A stretch of DNA of 64,000 bases, from NCBI GenBank assembly GCA_965113315.1, contig OZ220382.1; one strand, 5' to 3'. Source of the stretch: Podarcis vaucheri. Lineage: Eukaryota. The translations under genes were made by a program, and so were the position numbers. The notes under the pieces were generated by a model that did no database searches, was not told the origin of the DNA, and worked only from the letters and a program-made list of their open reading frames with translations. Positions 52,999-64,000 of this stretch are shown here, one piece after another (the first letter of the stretch is position 1; each line of letters begins with the position of its first letter).

Positions 52999-55900
52999 TC
53001 CGAAGGATCATTCGCGTGTATGAGTGAATTGGAGAGAGGGGTGGCTTCCACAAACAGTTCGATTTGGTCGCTCATTAAATCGGATGCTGTTAATTTCCTC
53101 GCTTGGCCAGCTTTAGAAACCCAAGTTCGTTCGTTCTTTCTTCAACACATTTTACCAGCCTCTTCAGTGCATAATTAAATAAATAAATACTTTTTTTTAA
53201 AAAAAAAAAAAAGAGGGAGGATGGGGGAAAGCTACTTTATAAGGTCATAGATGAATTCCAACAATCGACCAGCCTTAGTCCTGGTTTCTTCCTTAGCATC
53301 CAAGTTCAGAAGCATCTGGTCGTGGGAACTGGCCAGCCGTCTGAAACATTTCAGGGGTCCACAGCTGAGCCCTTCGACGGTAAATTGTTTTTAGAAGAAT
53401 TCAGCTCCCGTCCCCCGTATCCATCTCTAGGCATTACTAAAATGTTACTGAACTACAACTTATTTTTAGTGCAATTTGCTTTCTAATATGTACACGGAGT
53501 AAGTTGCATTTGTAAAAGCGCTCAGGAAGTGACTACTGTAGTCAGAGTTGGTTCTTCAGTGTAGCCTTGCCTGAATTTTTTTTTTTAAAAGAGGCAAAAA
53601 ACAATTCCCATCTCCCCGAAAGGGATGACTTCGGGCCCCCTCGTCTTCAGCTGTGTCGCACTCAAGTCCGCAGTACCCTTCGTCATGTTCAGAATTATGG
53701 ACTTAGTCCTGAATAAGGGTACAAAGGCTGCAGAACATTAGTAGACCCCGGATTTATATCCATAAAGGGACTCGTTTACCAACATGGTTTCTAAAAATCT
53801 CCCCTTTGGGTACCTTAACAAATTAGCAACAACAACGACAACAACAGTGTGCGTAAAGCAGAGGAAGAAGTGTGTCTGTCATGCATACGAATTATACATC
53901 CCAAATACATAGAAAATAGTGATATATTGGTTCCAATGAAAGTAGCTTCCATGTAAATGACTAATTTCTAAAGAGTAGATTTACATCTATTCGGATGTAC
54001 CGTAAACCTCGCAGTATTCTGTAGGGTGTGTGCTTTCAAGAACTGTGTTTAGGATTGGAGCCTTGTTGAGCTAACACAACCTCCTCTTTACTTAAGGGAA
54101 ATGTTTAAGCTTTTCTCCCCGCCCCTGTGTTGAGTTTTAAAAATAAATAATCCTACAATTGCAATAGGGGGAGACTATGTGTATGAACCGAAAGGGGAGG
54201 AGAAGCGGGGCGCGCGCGCGCAGGGGGGGGGGGTTCTCGAGCACAAATCAAGACAATGGATCTTCTGCGCTGGAAGAGGCGGCAGATCTCAAACAAAAGC
54301 TTGATGAACGGAACAGACAAAAACGCAAAGTTCCATTCGGGGCTCCCCTTTTGCCACGTCGTCTCACAGTTTGGAAGATAGCAGCTCTCCAAATTAATAG
54401 TCCTCTTTGAACAGGCGGGGCCTGAGCGTTCCACCAATTTAGGCCTCCTGCCGGGATGTGATATGGCTCCACCTTCCTCAAGGTGGTTCTACTTTTAAAT
54501 ATTTTCCACCCTGTCACCATGAGGACTAGCGACTTATTTTCGTAAAATATAAAATCGCTGTTCCTTGCTCTCGCGAGACTGTGTGTTTTAATTCGAAAAG
54601 GGTGTTCCGTGTACATTTGTGCGAGCTGTAAAAAAAAGGGGGTCTGTATCCGTTTGTCAGTGGCAATTGGATGGCATCTGTCTGGCTCAATGGACAATGG
54701 AAGTGTGCGCCTTCGTGGGTGAAGTCAGATCGTTGGAGAGTTACACCAGATTCAGCAGCAGTCATTCTCATTAGTAGATGGTGGCGGGGTGGGACGACTG
54801 TCTCCTTCACATTGAAGTTGTTGGCTGCCTGGCTGGTCCCTGAACAGGATGACCGATTAGATCCGATCGAGCGAGGGCTTCACCACAACCACTAGCATTC
54901 AGTATACAACGCACATCGCGAGAGTTTTCACTTAAGTTCGTCTCACTGGTGGGGCTTGGAATTGCGGCCCCAAAGCACCCACCAGTCCATTTAAGTCCAA
55001 CCTATTTTTAATTTTATTTTATTGAAAGAGGGGGCGAGTAGGGCATCAGCGAAGCCACTAATGAGAAAGCGAAGTTTGTGCCACGGGTGGGCAAAAGAAC
55101 TGTCTTTCCTTGCCTCAAAATCAACTAGCCACTTTACCTAGGCTGGGGACAACATGATGGGCTTTTTTTTTTCTTGAGAGACATCACCGACACCTCTAAC
55201 CATCTGCCAAAGCTCGTCACCTTCCGCACTCTCTACTAAACCCTCCAGGGACATGACTTGCCTCTTTCTTTTCCTTTTCCTGCTGTGGATCTGCTCCTTT
55301 CCTTCTGCAGGTGTTTTTCTAGATACAAGGGATATTCAAACTCCCCTCAAAATCTAGAACCTGGTGTCATTTTCCAGTCCGCTCCCACTCCACCGCAATC
55401 CAAGTGACGGTGTGTTCTCTTCACACCCACCGAAAAGCAAAATTGGGGGGGGGGAGGGGCAAGAAAGAAAGGGGTGGATATAGTTTGTAAGCTTCACCTC
55501 TCGGTAGCACTTACCTGGTGTCCTGGACCGGGCGCTCACTATTGTTTCTTCCCTTCCCCCCAAACACACTTTCTTTCGCCGTTGACTGTTGCCCTCCTGA
55601 TTTGTAGTAAACTCCTGTTTACTACCCTTGAGCGGTAGTTTACGCCCTTGAGCGGTTATGGTAGCCCGCCACACCTGCGGAGTTCTCACTTGCCATCAAA
55701 TATCTGTTGTCTTAAACTGTAGCATCCGAATATACATGTATTCTCTCTCTCTCTCTCGTGTGTGTAAAAAGAAGACTCGACGAGTATCTATCTATCATCT
55801 ATTTTCGAACCTCATGTCATTGTACGCATAATTTAACAATACAACGATCCTTGCATGCTTATCGCGCCGCATCTAGAAGCCTGAACGTGTTCCATATTCT

Positions 55901-56059
55901 TATACAGGTTTTTTGGGGGGGTGGCATTCCTGGATTGCACGGACAGGCAGCCCTAGAGAAAGGTGGAAATATTTCAGATCAAAAAAGGGTGTTAGAGGAA
56001 ACTAATGGTTAAGGGGAAGGCATGACGCACCCCGCACCCTTTACAAGAGCGCACACTTA

Positions 56060-56790
56060 AAGAGCGATCCTAAACATGCTCGCTCAGAAGAAAGGGTCTC
56101 TAAATTCACGGGGTTGGCCGTCCTGACAGGGCTTTCCTATACAATGTATAGGATACTTCACCTACTCATAAAATATATCTAAGAAGTGATTTCTGCTGAT
56201 TTCATTGGCATTTTCCCCCAGCTGGGCGTTTATAGGATTGTAGCCTAGGATGCCTAAGTCAATTTTAGATGCAATCTTACGCCCACTTACTTGGCTTTCA
56301 ACCTCAGTGGGTTTCAGCGCGCATAAGAATGTAGCCTAAGAGGTGTAAGTCAGTTTTAAATGCAATCCTATATCCACTTACCTGGAAGTAAGCCCCATTG
56401 GATTTCCTTCTGAGCAGACATAAACAGGATTGCAGTTTGAGTGTATTTAGGATTGGAAGAACTATGGACACTCACCTGCATGATGTGATGCTTATTGATA
56501 TTAAAATAGGTCCTTTTCTAGTCAAAATGACTTTCTTTCAAGTTAGGCCGGCATCCTATGCACAGTTTTACCGGGAAGTAAAGCCAGTGGGTCTTGCTTC
56601 CGAATTAATATGGGTTTAGGGCGTTTAGGGTTACAATCTTTTAGCTGGTATCTTTTTTAACCCATCCTCGTTCACTGGGATTCAGTGGAACTCTGAAAGA
56701 GCGTCGCTATATCCTCATTCGTACTTAATAGTAACTCCATTGAACTCAGCGGGACTTCTTCCCGAGTAAACACGCGAGAGTGTCGGGCGG
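56060..56790. repeat. Cluster of short palindromic (tgcaatcct...aggattgca) ancient repeats
   Basis: Several ~70-90-bp units, e.g. 56361-56434. Same family at 51108-51191, ~50590-50800, ~48980-49055, ~23265-23350 and ~63630-63890. Confidence 0.65.
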
Positions 56791-58290
56791 CTGCACAGGC
56801 AATTACTTTGAATGGGAGCTGGGTGGTTGATCTGTCAGACACATTTTGATCGAATTATCCAATTTTAAAGGAGTAAATTGGCTTCTCCTAGTTGTTCCAG
56901 TCTCACACCTCCAGTCCTTGCCTTGCATTGCGTAGTAGGGACCTAAACTGTGCTCTTAGTAGGGTCTGAGAACAGGAAGTTTGTTTGTTTTTGTTTTAGA
57001 AGCGGGATAGGTGTATCCCCTTTAGTTGTGGAAGGAGATTATAAAGCTTTTCTTTTCGTTTTGCAATTTTAGAAAGTTTAAGGGGAAAAATGCTTTCCTT
57101 CTTTCCCCTGTTCTCTCCTCCGTTTAGGATTTTACTTTTACTTGGGTGGGGAGAGGAATCGAGATAAGAAAAGTAAATGTTATTGTTATGTTATATCAAT
57201 GTATGCGGCGCTTTAAAGGACCTCTGTCCCTAGGAGCTTACAATCTCATTGAGACAGGAGACGGGGAGACACAGTGGAAAGCCAGTTAAACTTGAAACTC
57301 CTGTTTTTTTTAAAAAAAAACTGATGGTCGAGCCATTCGAAACACCTTAGGAAAAAGTGCTATTCCAATACAATTCCGCTACAAATTATACGGAAGCCGA
57401 TTGCTACGTTACACGCGCACACCCACAGCCAAAATCAGCTTTGCTGGAAGGAATTTCTTTTTACCGGTTTTAAGATTAGTCCTTCTAGTGATAGACAGTA
57501 GGCACCTTTCAGGGAAATGGGTGCATGATCCAGGGTGTTGTGCAAGGAATCTTAAGTACGCTTCATTTAACTTGCAAATGAAAAGCAGTGGGGGTTTTCA
57601 AGGCTTGGGGTGTTCGCTGGGAGACAGAGGTTGCATTTCGTCCCCCCAAAAGGAGTTTAGGAGCTGGGTACTGTAAATCGACATTCTCCGCTTCATAGCC
57701 AGGTCGACCAGCGCTTGGGTCGGCTTTTTAGGAAAGAGACCCGTAGGATATCTTCTCATTTTGGATCTCTTCTAGGTACTTCTTTGCTCTTGGACGCTTC
57801 CTTTTGTTATTTCTTCCAGGGATTAATTCGAGCTAGGAGGACTTATGAGCCAGACAGAGTGAGTGTCGTTGGCAGAGCTGCCTTTCCAATGAATGAATGA
57901 ATGAATAAAATTATTTTTCCGCCAGAGAGTTCAAGGCATTTGATCCTCAAGCAAGCCAATGAAGTAGGTTAGGCTGAAGAGACAGTGACTGGTCCAAGGT
58001 CACCCAGTGGACTTCAGGCCTGAGACGTGACAAAGTTTAGTAGCGTCGCAGGTGATCCAAAAACCCTTTATCTCTATGGGCAGGGGTGGATCACAGAACT
58101 CTGTGAGAAAGAGAAAGGTACTATGGACTGCACGTATTTTACCCAAACATTCACAGATGGCTAACACCCATGTGCATTCCATGTATTTATGCACCTATGT
58201 TTATGAGGGCATATACATAACTTGAGGGTGTGAAATGGATCAGTTAAAACAAAGCTTTGTTTTTTTGAAGAAATGTAATCTTTTATGAAA

Positions 58291-58628
58291 GGGACACGGG
58301 TGGTGCTGTGGGTTAAACCACTGAGCCTGAGTCGGCGGCTCGAATCCCCACGACTGGGTGAGCTCCCATTGCTCGGTCCCAGCTCCTGCCAACCTAGCAG
58401 TTCAAAAGTACGTCAAAGTGCAAGTAGATAAATAGGTACCGCTCCGGCGGGAAGGCAAACGGTGTTTCCGTGTGCTGCTCTGGTTCGCCAGAAGCAGTTT
58501 AGTCATGCTGGCCACATGACCCGGAAGCTGTATGCCAGCTCCCTCAGCCAATAAAGCGAGATGAGCGCCGCAACCCTAGAGTCGGTCACGACTGGACCTA
58601 ATGGTCAGGGGTTCCTTTACCTTTACCT
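58291..58628 (+). mobile_element. Sauria SINE
   Basis: ACCTTT-repeat tail; TSD taatcttttatgaa at 58276-58289 and 58628-58641; small internal deletion in the head. Confidence 0.93.
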
Positions 58629-58965
58629 AATCTTTTATGAAGTTTGATCAGATTGCTTATTCCTACACGCAGCCCACTATTTTGACCCTGTAGTATTGAA
58701 GGGGCAACATACACACCTGAGCTTGATCTTGATGCCTGACAGCTGAATATGAGAACTGAAGTCACATCCACAATAAATATCTGCCATACATTTAAGGCAG
58801 TTAGTTTTCCCCAAAGGAATCCTGGGAACGGTAGTTTATCATTCACAGATAATACTCAGCATCCAGTTCCCAGGATTCTTTGGGGGATGCCATGTCCTTT
58901 AAATGTATCCGACCTGAATCCATATTGAAAAAATGAGCCAGCAAGTAGCATTTCCTCTGAAACCA

Positions 58966-59172
58966 TTAATAATAATAATAATAATAATATGCCCCACTCC
59001 TAACAAAATATTAAAAACACAATAAAACACCAGCCATTAAAACTTCCCTGTATAGGCTGCCTTCAGATGTCTTCTGAAAGTCATATAGTTGTTTATCTCC
59101 TTGACATCTGATGGGACTGCATTCCACAGGGCGGGCGCCACTACCGAGAAGGCCCTCTGCCTGGTTCCCTGA
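58966..59172 (-). mobile_element. L2-like LINE 3' fragment
   Basis: (TAA)n tail followed by gcattccacagggcgggcgccactaccgagaaggccc, typical of squamate L2 3' ends. Confidence 0.6.
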
Positions 59173-59431
59173 ACAATGTGAAAAATCTTTCTATAATGTT
59201 ATATATTGATGTGACTCGTTCATATATGCAAGTCATTGGGCAAGGAACACATGTGTTTGTGAACCAGGACTCTGTGTGATTCTCTCTCTCTTTTATGAAG
59301 GCCCCATCTACAATATATGTTCAAAGTATGATGAAACCATTGTAATCAGTCATGGCTTCCCTCAAAGAATAATGGGTACTGTAGTTTGTTAAGGGTGCTG
59401 AGCATTGATAGGAGGCCCCTATTCCCCTCAT

Positions 59432-59790
59432 GGGATGCGGGTGGTGCTGTGGGTTAAACCACAGAGCCTAGGACTTGCCGATCAGAAGGCCGACTGTTCG
59501 AATCCCCATGATGGGGTGAGCACCCATTGCTCGGTCCCTGCTCCTGCCAACCTAGCAGTTCGAAAGCACGTCAAAGTACACGTAGATAAATAGGTACCGC
59601 TCCAGCGGGAAGGTAAACGGCGTTTCCGTGCGCTGCTCTGGTTCACCAGAAGCGGCTTAGTCATGCTGGCCACATGACCCGGAAGCCGTATGTCGGCTCC
59701 CTTGGCCAATAAAGCGAGATGAGCGCCGCAACCCCAGAGTCGGCCGCGACTGGACCTCATGGTCAGGGGTCCCTTTACCCTTTACCTTTA
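59432..59790 (+). mobile_element. Sauria SINE, full length
   Basis: Head, core and tail all present. Confidence 0.93.
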
Positions 59791-60327
59791 AGTCTAGCAA
59801 TGGGGGTGGCAAGTGGAAAGTATCCTTGTTTGGGGGCTTCACTTGCCCCCACCCCCAGTGCTGTCCATGTCCTTCTTATGTAAAGATTTATCCAACTAAA
59901 TTTTACTCAGAGTGAACCCATTGAAATCAGTGCACCTATACAATGTGGCATATATTGGATATTTTGGAATTGAAAATTAATAAAAACTATTTAAAAAGAA
60001 ATAAAATCAGTGCACCATTAATCTCACTGGGTCTGCTTGGAGTAGAACCACCACTGGATAAAACTCTTGCATTCTCCCTCAGTCTTCCCCTGGTTCATGA
60101 GATTGGATTCTGTTTTCCATGTTTTCAATCCCTGGTTCATTTGTTTGCATAAGCTTTATGTTACTGCTTTATTGGTTTTATGGTGAGATTTTGATTTAAT
60201 TATATTGTTTTTATATACCACTTAGTACACCACTTAGATATTCTCCCCCCCCCAAAAAAAATATATTAAGCAGTTTCTTCTCTCTAAGCACATGGATCCA
60301 AAAAGATTTTACTGGGCAAAGATATGC

Positions 60328-60545
60328 AAGCATGTCAAAGTGCAAGTAGATAAATAAGTACCGCTCTGGTGGGAAGGTAAACGGCGTTTTTCGTGCACTG
60401 CTCTGGTTCGCCAGAAGTGGCTTAGTCATGCTGGCCACATGACCTGGAAACTGTCTGCTGGCTCCCTCGGCCAATAAAGCGAGATGAGCGCCACAACCCC
60501 AGAGTCGGTCACGACTGGACCTAATGGTCCCTTTACCTTTACCTT
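60328..60545 (+). mobile_element. Sauria SINE, 5'-truncated
   Basis: Core GTGCAAGTAGATAAATA through the ctttacctttacc tail. Confidence 0.9.
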
Positions 60546-63500
60546 ATTCCCCTCACAGAGCTACAAATTATCAGAGTGGTTTAACAACCAATCCTCCTTC
60601 CCAAGGACACTGGGGAATAGAATTGTCTCCTGGCAATTCTCAGAACTCTTAACAAACTTCAGTTCCCAGGATTCTTTGGATGGGAAAAGCCATGGCTGCT
60701 TAAAGTGGTTTGATATTGCTTCAGATGTATGTTGCAGATGAGGCCAGAACAAAGAGACAAGTCTGTGTTGCATGTGGAAATAGGATTGGTCTTTGCTGTG
60801 CTTACAATATTCCTAGTTTTCTAAAGTTCTCTCTTTCAAAAGGCCAACTTTCTTTTATCACCATTATTACGTGTCATGTTCTGTTGCTGATATTGCAAAC
60901 AGGCATGGGAACTAAGCAGTGAGCAACCACAGCTACAACATCATACACAGGGCTTCTTCTAATTCTTCTTTTTAAAGAGAGCAGTTACAGAGGGACAAAT
61001 AGGCAGTTCAATAAGAACATTTGGGCAGTTCAAAAATTCGAGCCATGCAAAAGTTGTCTAATGTTAGGTGATGTTAAAAGAGATTGAAAAGTCCAGCCTT
61101 TTGTAGAACCCCAGACCCTGTCGAAGATGCTTCAGACTCCACAGCTACAGTTACATGGAACAGTCACCATTTTTTTTTTTCTAATGGGAAGGAAAGACAC
61201 AGTCTTTTACAGTTGTGTTGCCTGATTCCAAGTTCTGAGGATTTTCACCTATTATATGCAGGCTCCTAAACATCACAGCATGCGACTCAAAGCAAGAGAG
61301 CATGTATGCACTCACACAGAAAATTCACTGGTGTGTTGCAGTGGTACGCGTTTTGCAGGCACATTATAATCACTTACCACTGGGCAGTTCTATATTTCCC
61401 TTTTTTAAAAAGCCCAACTCATAGGCATGTGGATCTAAGGCCACCAGATCCAAAAGAATGATTTCTAGGTGTGTGCCCCTGTAAGGAATCAAAATCCCAG
61501 CCCCCTCCTCCATTGCCTGTCTGCTTCTCCAAACTGTTGGGGGGGGGGAAGGCTAGTAGCGGCTAAGTAATTTGCAAGCCAACCTAGTGAATTAGGATGC
61601 TCCTCTCTCCATTTAATTTATGTTTTATAGTTGGTTTAGCCTTCTGATTTGATTGCCTTAGTAATGCCGGTTGCCTCCAGCTGCTGATGATACAGCTTTA
61701 ATTCTGTTTTAAAGGTCATGTAAACATGTGCCTGTAGCAGAAGGAATGCAAATTCAATTCCTCTTCTCCCCCCCACACCTCACCATCCCCTCCTTTATAA
61801 TAGTGCCTCCCTATTTGCTTGACAGCTTTTGCCTCAAAAATTTACAGGAGTGTGTGTGTGTGCGCATGCATGTATGCACGTGCGCTCAGTGAAAATCCCC
61901 TCTCTGTGTAATATCCATGTATAGAGGTATATGTCTCTCACATACAAATTGGTGGGCATCCTCTTTGTGAATGTGATATATTATAGTCTCAGAGAAATAC
62001 ACACAAATCAGTGAACATCCTCTGTGTCAATGTGTGTGTAATGTCTCTATACAGGGATATAGCTCACGCAAACACAACAAACAAACATCCTCTGTGTGTA
62101 TGCATGTGTAATACGTATCCCCTCCCACTAAATAAAAGGAACCCCCTCTTTAGGAAAAGAAAAGGTAAAACCAGCCCTGCTTCCAAGGGCCAACACAAGA
62201 CATGTGAGGGGAATGTCAAAATAATGCCCACCACTATCAGGGGAAAAGGAGTAAGTGAAGACCTACATCAAAAAACATGAGGGGAATCAAGATTTACATA
62301 AGAATCTACTGCATCTGTGCATCCTGCCGCCTGAGGCAGTTGCCTCTCCTTGTCTTATGGGTGGGCCCTGCCCCTTCTCCACCATACACATCTCTCTTTA
62401 TTTTATTTTTTTAAGAACTCCTTTATTTTCCAGTTTCCAAAAATACATATAACAAACAATCCCCATATACCTCTCCCAAGAAACATCCCATGCATATTTA
62501 ATGTAAATAATACAGTCAAACATTAGGCAAGCTGGCAAATAGTTTAGAATTAATTACATCAGTTAGGTATCTTCTACTCTCAATCTTAACAGATTGTCCA
62601 ACATATTGGATAAACATGCACCATACAGTTTCAAAATCATTTTAGGTCTTTGTGTTCTCTAAGGTGCCTCTTAACCTTTTGCAAACAGCATGTTCCCACA
62701 TACCTAGGAAAACACATAGTTTGGTGGAGATCATTATGGTGGCTCAGAAGGATTCACCACCATTTCCCTGCGACCCAGCTCCTGTCCTTTTTAAAAGCAA
62801 CAGGCAAATGGACAAGCAAGTACTTGGAGAGGCAGTGCGGTGGGGAGAGACACACCTGGGGAAAACCCTGGTCTCAGTCTCCACTCATCCATGAAGTTCT
62901 CTGCGTGTGGCATTGTGGGGGTTATTAGTCCCCTCTGTCTCACAGGGTTGCTGTGAAGATAAAATGGGGAGGCAACCTTGTACTCCCTGGGAGGAAAGGT
63001 GGGACAGAACTGTAATAAAATAAAATGAAACGCACAGAGGACAAATCTACCTATGAAGACAAGTCATGCTGGAAGTGTACTATCTCAAAGATGGCCTCTG
63101 AATACCAGTTACAAGGGAACAATGGTGGGGAACAGCTATTGTGCTCATGACCTCACTTGTGGGTTTCTCATAGGCATCTGGTTGCTGAGTGTGTGGGAGA
63201 TAATGGGGCTGATCCAGCACTTTATTTATCCTTGTTTGTCGAATTGGAACATTTCTATTCTGATAGCTGACCAAAGTTCTTTAGGCAGCTTGCAATGTAC
63301 CGGTATTTAAAATAAAATAAAATAGCCAACAGTACTGAAATTGGGCAAAGTCCCCCGCCACATTTTGTAATGCTCTGAAACCACGGTCACACCATACATT
63401 TAAAGTTCTATGACATTGCTTTGAACAGCCGCGGCTTTCCCCAAAGAATTCTGGGAGCTGTTTTTGTTAAGGGGGCTGAGACCTGATACGAACCGCCCTC

Positions 63501-64000
63501 GCCACAATTCCCCTCACAGAGCTAGTGTGAATTTCAATGGGTAGCTGTGTTTTGGTTCATGCATTTGTTCATGAAGTGCAAATTAAGCAATTTCCCATTA
63601 AAATGCAAGGCCAATTTTTTCTTCTCCATTCCTGCTTCTGAGTAGACATTCACAGGATTGCATTGTCACAGAACCAGCCATGTGCATGTTTACTCGGAAC
63701 ATAGCATTTCAGTGGGGTTTGCTCCCAGGTGTGCATTCAGAGCATTGCAATCTAAATTTGGGATTGCAGCCTGATTCTGGCCATATTTACTTAGCCTTTA
63801 GGATGCAGTCCTATGCACCCTTTTGTGGGATAAACTTCACTGTACATAAGAAGACTTACTTCTGAGTAAACATGTATAGGGTTGCAGTTCAAGCCCTTCT
63901 GCTCTCATGTGGAGATTCTCGCTTTCCTGTAAGTGAGCATTGTTTCGCAGAAAGCCCTTCTGCTTAGAAAAGTAGAGCTTAGGTACACAGGGAGCTTGCC

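Overview
Vertebrate genomic DNA, almost certainly a lacertid lizard (seven Sauria SINE copies resembling the Podarcis type). The only host gene is the intronless POU-homeodomain gene POU3F4/Brn-4 (44682..45785, minus strand). It sits in a ~16 kb CpG-rich, young-TE-poor domain inside a gene desert. The rest is mostly mobile DNA. The most striking structure is a very young nested retroelement complex at 17856..23260. It holds a Penelope-like element (PLE) with an uninterrupted RT + GIY-YIG frame and three hammerhead-ribozyme motifs, an inverted pseudo-LTR forming a 142-bp hairpin, (AT)n tracts at the element ends, and a second PLE copy split by a 5'-truncated L1 with a 15-bp TSD. Also present: a full-length decayed Tigger/pogo transposon (with a 20-bp-phased repeat array and a nested L1 tail), a solo LTR with a 5-bp TSD, Tc1/mariner- and hAT-type MITEs, CR1/L2/RTE fragments, microsatellites, and a 141-N gap next to a ~270-bp duplication. 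All calls were made by eye; no database searches were run.
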